Below, piece by piece: positions 1 through 9,079 of a DNA stretch of 64,000 bases. The notes beneath the pieces are model-generated. The model did no database searches. It saw only the letters and a list, made by a program, of their open reading frames with translations, and was not told the origin of the DNA. Origin of the DNA: Thermodesulfobacteriota bacterium (lineage in GTDB: Bacteria > Desulfobacterota > Binatia > Bin18); NCBI GenBank assembly GCA_964291405.2, contig OZ219926.1:160001-224000 (forward strand). The letters run 5' to 3'. Numbering within the stretch: position 1 is the first letter of the stretch; every line of letters begins with the position of its first letter. Both the position numbers and the translations under genes were made by a program.

Positions 1-1
1 G

Positions 2-316
2 CATCGGGGGTACCTCATTCAAGAAATCGCTGCTCATATGGCCCAAGAGACAAAAGAAACGTGGATGGAACGCCTGGAAGCGGTCGGCGTCCCGTGTGCT
101 CCGATTCTGACCATTCCTGAGGTGACTGCTCAGCCGCAAACCAAGGCGATGGATATGATTCGTGAGGTACCTGGTTCTACGCTTGAAGTCATGGGTCTCC
201 CCTTTTCGATCAACGGACAGCGACCCGATTTTCGATCTCGCGCCCCACAGTTAGGGGAGCATACGGATGAGGTGTTCAACGCACAGTCTTCAAAGAGTAA
301 ACGTGTCCTCCAATAG
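2..316 (+). CDS. CoA-transferase family III (CaiB/BaiF), C-terminal fragment truncated at window edge
   Basis: Frame is open back to the window start; WMERLEAVGVPCAPI and RAPQLGEHTDEV are typical family III CoA-transferase C-terminal motifs. Confidence 0.85.
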   Translation, partial: HRGYLIQEIAAHMAQETKETWMERLEAVGVPCAPILTIPEVTAQPQTKAMDMIREVPGSTLEVMGLPFSINGQRPDFRSRAPQLGEHTDEVFNAQSSKSKRVLQ

Positions 317-476
317 AGCTGCGATGCTGGACACGTTTACTCTTCAGGGCGTTAGCGAAACTCTAGTGACTTCTCCACTGAGATATCGTATGTAGACGTC
401 GAGTGTTTTGGGGGCTATTGCTGATTTTGTAAAAATCGGTATCTAGAGAAAAGAATAAAGAGAGAAGGAGGAGTAT

Positions 477-689
477 ATGTCAAACCCTGACAAACCCTTA
501 TCATCCGCGGGCACACAGGAAGACCCAGCCGAACGGTTAGCCCAACATCTATTGCGCCAGCCGCATGACCTTGTCGATGCACGTCGATTGTTCCAACGTT
601 TTCGGGTTACCACGCGAGAGTTCCAGCGCGCCCTTCGTCAATTTGAAGATCTCCGTCCCACAGGAGACATCCCACCCCAGCCCGCATAG
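477..689 (+). CDS. Small hypothetical protein (70 aa)
   Basis: Strong RBS (GAAGGAGGAG) just upstream of ATG and AT-rich upstream region; no family recognised. Confidence 0.6.
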   Translation: MSNPDKPLSSAGTQEDPAERLAQHLLRQPHDLVDARRLFQRFRVTTREFQRALRQFEDLRPTGDIPPQPA

Positions 690-888
690 TTGCTACGCAT
701 TCAAAAAGTAAACACGTCCAGCCTTTATATGATTTTTGTAGGACGCGTTTACTTTTTCGGCACCTGCCCTCCCCATACGACCGGGAAGTTTAGAGAAGTG
801 AGGGGAAGCCGGTGCCGAAAGAGCAGCTCGAGTCCAAACCCCAGCCTCGGATACTTGTCCTACGTGGAAAGAAAAATAGGACCTCGTC

Positions 889-1341
889 ATGATTGAAGTA
901 AACGGTATTGCGCATATTATTCTGACGGTCAGTCGGTTCAAAGAATGCCAGGCATTCTATAAAAAGCTGCTACCGTTTCTTGGCCTCCAACTGGTCTTTG
1001 ACGGCGAAGACATGTGCTACCATGTCGGTGCCCGGACAGGGGTTGGCATACAGCGCTGCGCCCCCGAGCATCAAGACGAGCATTTCGTCCAAACACGGAC
1101 CGGGTTACACCATTTCTGCTTTCGCGCCCGTTCCAGGCAAGATGTCGATCAGGTCTATGACCAGTTACACGAGCTCAACGCGACCATCGTCATGCCGCCC
1201 CAAGAAGGCCCGTGGGCACCGGGCTACTACTCGGTCTTATTCGAAGACCCGGACGGCATCCGGGTCGAGGTGAATTATGTTCCGGGTAAGGGTGTATTAG
1301 CCACGGACGCCGGGTTTAATCCGAGCGGAGACTATCAGTAA
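889..1341 (+). CDS. VOC/glyoxalase family protein
   Basis: GIAHIILTV, GLHHFCFRA, GYYSVLFEDPDGIRVEV motifs. Confidence 0.9.
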   Translation: MIEVNGIAHIILTVSRFKECQAFYKKLLPFLGLQLVFDGEDMCYHVGARTGVGIQRCAPEHQDEHFVQTRTGLHHFCFRARSRQDVDQVYDQLHELNATIVMPPQEGPWAPGYYSVLFEDPDGIRVEVNYVPGKGVLATDAGFNPSGDYQ

Positions 1342-1368
1342 GTCTGTCTGTGGGCTCTACGTAGCAGC

Positions 1369-2772
1369 CTACCGGGCGGCTTCCCGCCCCGCGATACGCC
1401 CAAACACGGCACCTCGTAAAACCGAGGTCGCGCCCATATAGTTGTAGTAATACAACTCGCCCATAGGCTCGCCAGCAACGTACAGGCCGGATATGGCGCG
1501 GCCTGTAGAGTGGATGACCTGGGCTTGCGGGTTGGATTTGAGGCCACCAAAGGTAAAAGTAATGCCCCCGGTCACGGGATAGGCCAGATAGGGCGGCGTG
1601 TCGAGCGGGCGAGCCCAGTTGGTCTTGTTGACGACCAAGCCATGTGTCGCCAGACCGTCGAGGATGAGCGGATCAAATTCCCCAGCTTGGCAGGCAGCGT
1701 TGTATTCCTCAATGGTTCGCTCCATGCAGTCGGCTGGAACCTCGATGCGTGCGGCCAACTCCCGAATGCTCGGCGCTTCAAACGCCTCCTCGTCCGTCCG
1801 AATTGCCCGTTTCCAGGCTTCTAGGTCTTCAGCGCGCGGTTTGTTGTCAAAGACATTAAAGGCCACCCCGCTTTTATGCGCCATAATGGCCTTGCTGAAT
1901 TTCACATAGGTCTGGTCGCGAAAGTCTTCACCTTCATCGAGAAAGCGCTCGCCGTCTTCGTCAATGAACAGGCCGAGTTGGAAAATGTAGATCGCCGTCA
2001 CCCCACATTCAAAGGGCGTGGAACGCGCATCAAGTACGGCAGAGTGGAAATCTCCCCATTGACCGGCCGGCAGAGCCCCAATTTCGAGGGCCATACGCAG
2101 CCCATCACCGGTATTGTACCGGCTACCGCGCAGAATGAGTCCATCCATATGCCGTCCTAAATATCGGACCCGCATTTCCGGGTTGGCCTCGAAACCGCCA
2201 CAGGCAATCACGACCCCGCCACGAGCTTTAAGATCGGTATAGCCCTCGGGTTCGAGCGCGCGTACACCAACCACGCGTCCACTCCGGCTGGTGAGGAGTG
2301 TTTCAGCCGCGGTCTCATACGCGACGTGCACCCCGCCTCGCTCCAGATGCTTGTAGAGAGTGTCGACCAGTTGCCAGCCACCGCCCACGGGCTGGCGTCG
2401 ATAGCCCGCGACATTGGGATAACCTTTTTCCCATGCAACCCCCATCTCAGTCAGCCAATCAACAACGTCAGCCGCGTTATCCACCACAACGCGCACCAGG
2501 TCTTTGTTCGCCCGCCCACGCGAAACCCGCAGAAAAGCGTCAAAGAAATCTTCTTTGGTCTGTCGGGTGGGACAGTACTCATCCGCTTCGTGAGGATAGC
2601 GGATTTGAGCATCGGCAATAGCGGAGTTCCCACCACGTTGCAGCTTGGGAGCCTTTTCGAGCAGGATGACTTCAGCACCCTCGTTCATCGCGCTAATCGC
2701 TGCGGAAAGGCCGGCAATACCGCCACCTATGACTACAACGTCGCAATCGATTTCAGGGATAGATTCGGGCAT
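1369..2772 (-). CDS. FAD-dependent oxidoreductase, TcuA / flavocytochrome c (succinate dehydrogenase flavoprotein-like) family
   Basis: VVVIGGGIAG FAD motif, GGNS, RGSRYNTGDG, GITFTFGGL; start taken at ATG 2772 (MPESIPEID). Confidence 0.8.
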   Translation of the reverse strand: MPESIPEIDCDVVVIGGGIAGLSAAISAMNEGAEVILLEKAPKLQRGGNSAIADAQIRYPHEADEYCPTRQTKEDFFDAFLRVSRGRANKDLVRVVVDNAADVVDWLTEMGVAWEKGYPNVAGYRRQPVGGGWQLVDTLYKHLERGGVHVAYETAAETLLTSRSGRVVGVRALEPEGYTDLKARGGVVIACGGFEANPEMRVRYLGRHMDGLILRGSRYNTGDGLRMALEIGALPAGQWGDFHSAVLDARSTPFECGVTAIYIFQLGLFIDEDGERFLDEGEDFRDQTYVKFSKAIMAHKSGVAFNVFDNKPRAEDLEAWKRAIRTDEEAFEAPSIRELAARIEVPADCMERTIEEYNAACQAGEFDPLILDGLATHGLVVNKTNWARPLDTPPYLAYPVTGGITFTFGGLKSNPQAQVIHSTGRAISGLYVAGEPMGELYYYNYMGATSVLRGAVFGRIAGREAAR

Positions 2773-2796
2773 ACTTTTTATTCTTCCTGACAGGTT

Positions 2797-2846
2797 GCAC
2801 AAAAACGTAGGGGCGCAGCATGCTGCGCCCCTATCTATCCTGAACC
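2797..2846. repeat. GTAG-type REP-like palindrome, copy 1
   Basis: GTAGGGGCGCAGCATGCTGCGCCCCTAT at 2807-2834; flanks resemble copy 2 at about 52124-52170. Confidence 0.7.
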
Positions 2847-2870
2847 ATGGCTCTGATCCTCAGGAATCGT

Positions 2871-3152
2871 CTAGCCTCCGGCAATGCCAACCATGAAGGA
2901 GACGGTTTCTCCGTCCGCCAAGGTATCATCGATAAAGAGCCGTCGGCCTGTGGAATCGACAAAGAGCGTACCGTTGGCATTAAGGTCCTGGGTGTTCGGG
3001 TCAATGAGCAAGGCTTCCATCCGCTCTCCATACTTGGTCGTCAGGATCTGTGCCAATTCAGCCATATTAGGCTGTTCGAGTTGGATGGTCTCACTCGTAA
3101 TTTGCGTGATTTCCTTAAAACGGGCGGTGTACTCTGCCTGGACTGTAATCAC
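2871..3152 (-). CDS. MoaD/ThiS-family sulfur carrier protein
   Basis: 93 aa, beta-grasp-like, C-terminal IAGG; directly downstream of the AOR gene. Confidence 0.85.
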   Translation of the reverse strand: MITVQAEYTARFKEITQITSETIQLEQPNMAELAQILTTKYGERMEALLIDPNTQDLNANGTLFVDSTGRRLFIDDTLADGETVSFMVGIAGG

Positions 3153-3174
3153 GTCTTAATTCCTCTCCTCTCAA

Positions 3175-5208
3175 TTAGTCAGGAATACCAGGATCATCCC
3201 CGGTGTTTACATCAACGTGGACCGCACGGCTAGAACGACTCTCACCGGCAATGGCATTGTCTGCGGCCAGTGCATCAGCAACGTCTTCCATCCCAAGCTC
3301 TTCAAGTTTCTTGCGCGTCTGGAGACCAGTTTCTTTGTCCCAACCACGCCACTCATAATATTCGTCGAGCACTTGGTCGAACATATCAGCGGCAACGCGC
3401 CCTTTATTCGGCCCTTCCGGACACGGCTCGTGCATCCAGCGCTCGCAGATTGTGTCGTGTTCACGACGCAGGCCAAGACGGGAGTTATACGCCTTTTCAA
3501 GGTTACAGATTCGCTCACCGTCGAGCATTCGCTCTTCTTTCGTCCGGTCAATCCCGGTCACTGCCGTATAAGCCTCGCCGTAGTAGCTCTCTGGCGCGTA
3601 GCTGAGTGGGTCGAGCAGCCAGTGGAAGAGGCATACGCCGTACGAGTTAATGAGCGCAACCTGATTTTCGAGCACAGCCGTACAAGCCCCTTTCAGGTCA
3701 GGAACAGTCGGGTCACCTGCAATCGGCGTCCCAAAATAGGCTTTCGAGAGGTCTTTGCGCTGAAATTTCTCGATCAGGCCGATACCCTTCAAATGGTCTG
3801 AACCACGCGAGGCCACAGCCATATTGTTCATCCAGGTGGGGAAAGGCCGCATCTCTTCCGTAAAGCTAGCACCACCTTTACCGTAGATGGCATACTTCAT
3901 GAAATTCTGGCCCTTTTGTTCTGAGTAGCGGAGCGCTCCCCAATAGGCCCCGTCACGAAACAGCCAACCAAACGGATTGGTTTGATACGATACGTTTTTT
4001 ACCAGCTCTTCGATATCTTCAATATTGCCCCATTCGAGACTCTGGGGCTTACCGAATAATTCTTCCACATCACGATCAGAAATCAGCTCGCGCTGCTTGA
4101 GCTCCATGATGAACCCAATTGAGCAACTGAGATCTTGGTTGTCGATGCCATAGTCGTTGGTGATCTTGCCCCAATGGGCCACTTCAGCCCAGTCACGAAT
4201 ATCCATCGCGCCTGCACCGCTGGCCGTTGTGAGATATTCGGGATGACGGAACGTTTCGCCAACAAAGTTTTTTGCCCGGTCTGATTCGTGGCCCTCAATC
4301 TTATAGCGGCCATCACACGCAATATAGCAGTCAGACGAGCACACTTCCGAGTATTTGTGGTATTTTTTGACCCAATTATCCGACCGCACTTCCTCGCCAC
4401 GGAACAACACACCTTGGTTGTTACGCCAGAAGTTTCCGCCGATCCTTTGGTACATCTCGACCGCACCCAAAGTGCCGCGTCGTTTGAAACCGTACGCCGC
4501 TTCGTTCCCATCCAGCTTTTGGCGGAAGTCGTCCGACCATTCCAGGAGTCCATTCGGATTATCTATTTTCACGCCGCCGTTGCCCTGCACGGCAATGGCT
4601 TTCAGGTTCTTAGAACCCATGACCCCACCGCCACCAGACCGAGCATGAATGCGCCAGCCGTCTGATACCACACCGGCGATGCCAACCTGATTTTCCCCGG
4701 CCTGGCCGATGGACAAGGTATGCGTGGTGGAGGGATAGTCGCCTAATTCCTGCTTGAGGATTTCATGCGTTTCTTCGCAGCCTTTTCCCCACAGGTGGGT
4801 CGCGTCGCAGATAGTGACTTCCTCGTTGCAAATATACAGATAGACCGGCTTGGGAGCCTTGCCGGTGACAACGATATAGTCAAAGCCGCTAAAGCGGACC
4901 ATATAGGGAAACTTGCCTCCCCCGGCCGAGTCCCCAAAAATCCCATAGCACGGGCTCTTGAACGTCAGCCGGCCTTTGACTCCAATCCCTGATCCCACAC
5001 CGGCGAGTGGCCCGACGCCGAAGATAAAGACATTATCCGGGCTGCGTGGGTCACACATTGGGTCATGCTTGAGAAAATGCTCCCACATGAGCCAATCATT
5101 AATGCCCGAGCCGCCCACCCAACGTTCAAACAGCTCGTGCGGGATACGTTCTTTTTTGATTATCCCTGTCGTCAGATCAACTCTCAGCAGTCCACCTTCC
5201 ATAATCAA
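3175..5208 (-). CDS. Aldehyde:ferredoxin oxidoreductase (tungstopterin AOR/WOR family) catalytic subunit
   Basis: LLRVDLTTG, ARSGGGGVMGSKNLKAIAV, CxxxCxxxC, RGSDHL, LDEYYEWRGWDKETG motifs. Confidence 0.92.
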   Translation of the reverse strand: MIMEGGLLRVDLTTGIIKKERIPHELFERWVGGSGINDWLMWEHFLKHDPMCDPRSPDNVFIFGVGPLAGVGSGIGVKGRLTFKSPCYGIFGDSAGGGKFPYMVRFSGFDYIVVTGKAPKPVYLYICNEEVTICDATHLWGKGCEETHEILKQELGDYPSTTHTLSIGQAGENQVGIAGVVSDGWRIHARSGGGGVMGSKNLKAIAVQGNGGVKIDNPNGLLEWSDDFRQKLDGNEAAYGFKRRGTLGAVEMYQRIGGNFWRNNQGVLFRGEEVRSDNWVKKYHKYSEVCSSDCYIACDGRYKIEGHESDRAKNFVGETFRHPEYLTTASGAGAMDIRDWAEVAHWGKITNDYGIDNQDLSCSIGFIMELKQRELISDRDVEELFGKPQSLEWGNIEDIEELVKNVSYQTNPFGWLFRDGAYWGALRYSEQKGQNFMKYAIYGKGGASFTEEMRPFPTWMNNMAVASRGSDHLKGIGLIEKFQRKDLSKAYFGTPIAGDPTVPDLKGACTAVLENQVALINSYGVCLFHWLLDPLSYAPESYYGEAYTAVTGIDRTKEERMLDGERICNLEKAYNSRLGLRREHDTICERWMHEPCPEGPNKGRVAADMFDQVLDEYYEWRGWDKETGLQTRKKLEELGMEDVADALAADNAIAGESRSSRAVHVDVNTGDDPGIPD

Positions 5209-5235
5209 GACCCCTTTGTGGTTGCAGTGTCGCTC

Positions 5236-5886
5236 TTACGCCGCAGAGCTTACCTTCCCTTTGGATAACATCGCCTGCATGATTCCAACTTCGTCTCGCG
5301 CTTCTGGCTTTTGACGTAAAATTTGCCCGAACGCTGCTTTTTCTTCATAAAAAAGAACGGGAAGTCGAGGATATTGTTTGCCGGCATTTAACATCTCGGG
5401 ACGTGTGGAACAGGCTTTCACACAGGCCGGGTCCCCGCCGCACAAATCGCACTTAAGCAACTCACCGGTTGGCGCAACAAAGACCGTGTCAAACGGACAG
5501 CCCGGAACGCATTCCATGCACTGAATGCATTTGTCCTGGTCAATCACCGCCGCCTGAGTCTCGGGGTCATAATAGAACGCATCCGTCGGACAGACTTCAG
5601 CACAAGGAGGCGGATTGGCGCAGTGATGACAAATAGCCGGCATGAATCCGAAGCCGTCTTTTGAGACGCGCGAGACCTGGGGCGCATGATCGATCTTAAT
5701 GCGCGTCCAGACTGGGTTCAGCTCCCCTTCCGGTGAGTGGATCAGCGAGCACGCCACCTCACACATTTTGCAGTCAGTACATAGGTTTTGGAGCGCAAAG
5801 AGCTTGGTTGGGACATTCGGTACATCGTCTCCGGGCTGGTACCATACCTCGCCGTTGACGAGTTCTTTTTGTCTGGTTTCCTGCAT
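5236..5886 (-). CDS. Poly-[4Fe-4S] ferredoxin subunit (AorA/DmsB-like)
   Basis: Four Cys clusters: CTDCKMCEVAC, CHHC..PPCAEVCP, CIQCMECVPGCP, KCDLC..PACVKAC. Confidence 0.92.
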   Translation of the reverse strand: MQETRQKELVNGEVWYQPGDDVPNVPTKLFALQNLCTDCKMCEVACSLIHSPEGELNPVWTRIKIDHAPQVSRVSKDGFGFMPAICHHCANPPPCAEVCPTDAFYYDPETQAAVIDQDKCIQCMECVPGCPFDTVFVAPTGELLKCDLCGGDPACVKACSTRPEMLNAGKQYPRLPVLFYEEKAAFGQILRQKPEARDEVGIMQAMLSKGKVSSAA

Positions 5887-6004
5887 AGGAATAAGTGTCC
5901 TCCTTACTGAAACTGCATGCTATGCTGGATGACGTTTGCCTGTCAAGCGAAAACCCCGTAAATACATACAATCGACCCGAGAGGCCAGCTTGGAAGGGAA
6001 CTGC

Positions 6005-6286
6005 ATGAAAAAACGAGAAACCCTGATTCATCCCGCTCTTGGTCGCCTGCCGGCCAGAAAGGTGCTGGAGTGTATCTTCGCCCTCTCCCCCACCGGGAAA
6101 ATCGTGCATCATCATCTTGAGGAAGTCGGCACGAGTGAGAGCGGTGGCGAAACGGACGGAGAGATTGAGTATACGATGACAGACGCACAGCCGGTAGCCG
6201 GACGAGAACGCTGCCGCATCATCCCACCCTTTGTGCGTGAATTCGATCCACCCGAATTTCCGACTCCACAGGAGCCTCGTTCATGA
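6005..6286 (+). CDS. Small hypothetical protein
   Basis: ATG 6005 preceded by GGAAGGG; stop overlaps the rhodanese start (ATGA), suggesting translational coupling. Confidence 0.5.
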   Translation: MKKRETLIHPALGRLPARKVLECIFALSPTGKIVHHHLEEVGTSESGGETDGEIEYTMTDAQPVAGRERCRIIPPFVREFDPPEFPTPQEPRS

Positions 6287-6726
6287 GTATCACCCCCCTC
6301 ACCCCCCAAGAAACATTTGAGCGCATGCAGAACGACTCCGCTGCGACGTATGTCGATGTCCGGACTGTGGCCGAATTCGCCACCGGTCACCCCAAAGGAA
6401 AAGTCATTAACGTTCCGATTGTCTTCTTTCATCCAACCACGAACGAAATTTTTCAAAACGAGAGCTTTGATCTGGTCATGGCAGACGTATGCCCCAAAGA
6501 GAGTCCGTTGATCGTCGGCTGTGAGAAAGGGCCCCGGGCAAAGCAGGCGGTCGAGCGCCTTACTGCCGCAGGCTATGAAAACGTGCACTTCATGGAAGCG
6601 GGTCACGCTGGCTGGAAAGCTGCCAATCTGCCGGTCACGACCGATAACAGAGACGGGATCAGCTATGTTTCTCTCCTCACCCCGGCCAAACGGAAGCAGA
6701 AAAAGAAGAAAAAGGCGGCCCGCTAA
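6283..6726 (+). CDS. Rhodanese-like domain protein
   Basis: YVDVRTVAEFATGH, active-site loop CEKGPR, MEAGHAGW; Lys-rich C-terminal tail. Confidence 0.9.
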   Translation: MSITPLTPQETFERMQNDSAATYVDVRTVAEFATGHPKGKVINVPIVFFHPTTNEIFQNESFDLVMADVCPKESPLIVGCEKGPRAKQAVERLTAAGYENVHFMEAGHAGWKAANLPVTTDNRDGISYVSLLTPAKRKQKKKKKAAR

Positions 6727-6783
6727 CGGCCTCTGTCAGCATAACAATCAGCCGACCGGCACTCTTGGGACTGAGAGTATCCT

Positions 6784-7938
6784 ATGTCTCACGCTCGGCT
6801 GACCACCCGATTGTATTGCATTCTCGCTATTCTGTTCGTACCCCTGCTGTCCTCGCCGGCCTTGGGAGGAGACGCCTATCGGTCTGTCATCGCACGTCAG
6901 GAAGGCGAGGTGCTCCGCTTCCTGCGGGCCTTTGAGCATGTACAGGAACAGTTACACCCGGCAAAATTCAGTCAGCTCCAGGCCAACCTTAGCCAAACGG
7001 TTGGCGGTCTGTTTGTGCGCCTCCGGTCTGAATTGAATACCCTGGAGCCACCCCCGGAGCGGCAGGATTTCCACCGGACTTGGCTTGAGGCCGTTGGCCT
7101 GCTGGATACGACTTATGGGATTTTTATACGGAGCGAGCAGGCCGGTTTTATCGGAGCGTTTATGCAGAGCCGCTCGGCCTTCACTCGGGCGCGCTATCTT
7201 TTGTACGAAATCCGTCTGGACACACCCACACTGCACCCCTACTGGGTTCTGCCTGAGTCGGTTGCGCACCTCCCCAGGCTGGAAAAGCGCGCCGCTGCCC
7301 GGACGCCTCAGGTCGGCATTTCCCACCACCCACCGTCGAGCAATCACGGAGCCTATTCACTCTATGTGCCGGAGCAGTATGATCCACAACACCACTGGCC
7401 GCTGATTATCGCCCTGCACGGAGCTGGTGGGGCAAATAACGAATATCTGCTGACATGGCTGCGTCCAGCCAAAAGCAAAGGCTATATCGTCCTCGCGCCC
7501 AAATCGCTCGGTCTGACCTGGGCTGTTGAGAAGCCGGAGCCCGATGTCGTGTCCGTAACCTCCACACTCATGGCCCTGCGCGAACGTTATGCCATTGACC
7601 CCGACCGGATTCTGGTTACCGGTTTGTCGGACGGCGGCACGTTCTCGTATGCGTTAAGCGCCAGTCGTCCGAACCTCTTCGGCGCGGTTGCTCCTGTTGC
7701 CGGGGTCTTGCCGCCCTGGCTGGATATGCAGAAGGCCGTCACCTTGCCTTTTCTGATTATCCACGGCGGCCAGGATTTTATTTTCCCCGTGGCGGTCGCT
7801 CGCCTGGCCCAGGCCACGCTTATCGAAAATGGACTCAAAGAAGTGACATTTACAGAGCTGCCTGAGTGGGGCCATGCCTATACCTACTCGATTAACGAGA
7901 CATATATTCTGCCCTGGTTTGAAGGTCTGTTTGAATAA
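6784..7938 (+). CDS. Secreted alpha/beta hydrolase (phospholipase/carboxylesterase-like) with helical N-terminal domain
   Basis: Signal peptide; IIALHGAGG, GLSDGG nucleophile elbow, HGGQD, WGH. Confidence 0.8.
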   Translation: MSHARLTTRLYCILAILFVPLLSSPALGGDAYRSVIARQEGEVLRFLRAFEHVQEQLHPAKFSQLQANLSQTVGGLFVRLRSELNTLEPPPERQDFHRTWLEAVGLLDTTYGIFIRSEQAGFIGAFMQSRSAFTRARYLLYEIRLDTPTLHPYWVLPESVAHLPRLEKRAAARTPQVGISHHPPSSNHGAYSLYVPEQYDPQHHWPLIIALHGAGGANNEYLLTWLRPAKSKGYIVLAPKSLGLTWAVEKPEPDVVSVTSTLMALRERYAIDPDRILVTGLSDGGTFSYALSASRPNLFGAVAPVAGVLPPWLDMQKAVTLPFLIIHGGQDFIFPVAVARLAQATLIENGLKEVTFTELPEWGHAYTYSINETYILPWFEGLFE

Positions 7939-7960
7939 TTCTCAGATGAGGAAACTAATA

Positions 7961-8983
7961 ATGAAAACGGTCATACATTTTCATCCAGGCTCCTATTTTG
8001 TTTTGTGTTCCTTCTTGGGTCTACTCCTAAGTCTCTGGCTCAACACTGCCGAGGCAGCAAAACCTGTCGGCTCTCATGTTAGCGTTACTATACTGGCGAC
8101 AAATGTCGGAGATAGGCATACGCATGGAAATTCCGTTGCTACAACACAAGGAGAATGGAGCTTTGCAGCGTGGGTCGAAGTAGACGGGCGAGCATTTCTG
8201 TTCGATACAGGCTGGTCGCCGAGAAATGTCTTACACAACGCAACAGTGCTCGGCATCGACTTGTCGCGTGCCGAAGACCTCATCCTCAGTCATCATCATG
8301 GAGATCATACTGGTGGACTCGAAACACTGAGAAAAGAGCTGACTCAGAAGAATCCAAAGGCACTCTCCCGTATTCACGTCGCAGAAGGCATCTTTGCGTC
8401 ACGTCCGGGACCGAATAATACGGAGCGCAATCCTATGGTTGCCCGGAGGGCAGCACTAGAGGCGTTAGGATCGACCTTCCTTGTCTACTCACAAACGACG
8501 GAAATCGCGCCCAAGGTCTGGGTGACTGGTCCAGTCCCACGACCACATCCGGAAAAGAATTATCCGCTGCACGACATGTCTGTCGTACAAATAGACGGAA
8601 AGACCGTCCATGACACTATACTCGAAAGCCAGTCACTCGTCGTAGTCACGTCTAACGGACCTGTCGTTGTTTCCGGTTGTGGACATGCGGGATTAATCAA
8701 CACCTTAGAATACATCCAGACAAAGATATCTGATCAGTCGCCCCATGCCGCCATCGGTGGCTTTCATTTGTTCGCTGCATCAGATGAGACACTACAATGG
8801 ACAAGTGAAGCCTTGGGCAAGATGAAGCTTGGCCATTTTCTCGGGTCGCATTGCACAGGGTTTGAATGTGTGTATCGCGTACGCGAACACGCCGGGCTAG
8901 ACCGGAACCACGCGCGGGTGGGAGCTATTGGTACGCGCTTTGTCTCAGGGCAAGGAATTACGCCGGGGAATATTAATCGGTAG
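7961..8983 (+). CDS. MBL-fold metallo-hydrolase with signal peptide
   Basis: FLFDTG, LSHHHGDHTGG, SGCGHAG, GGFHL, HCTG; start refined to ATG 7961 behind GAGGA. Confidence 0.85.
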   Translation: MKTVIHFHPGSYFVLCSFLGLLLSLWLNTAEAAKPVGSHVSVTILATNVGDRHTHGNSVATTQGEWSFAAWVEVDGRAFLFDTGWSPRNVLHNATVLGIDLSRAEDLILSHHHGDHTGGLETLRKELTQKNPKALSRIHVAEGIFASRPGPNNTERNPMVARRAALEALGSTFLVYSQTTEIAPKVWVTGPVPRPHPEKNYPLHDMSVVQIDGKTVHDTILESQSLVVVTSNGPVVVSGCGHAGLINTLEYIQTKISDQSPHAAIGGFHLFAASDETLQWTSEALGKMKLGHFLGSHCTGFECVYRVREHAGLDRNHARVGAIGTRFVSGQGITPGNINR

Positions 8984-9079
8984 GCATGATAACAGGGTGG
9001 AAAGCCAGTTTCCCTTGCAATCCCCGAAGTCACATGAAAGATTCGATAAATAGTATTTCTGGGAAATGAGGAAAGTTGA

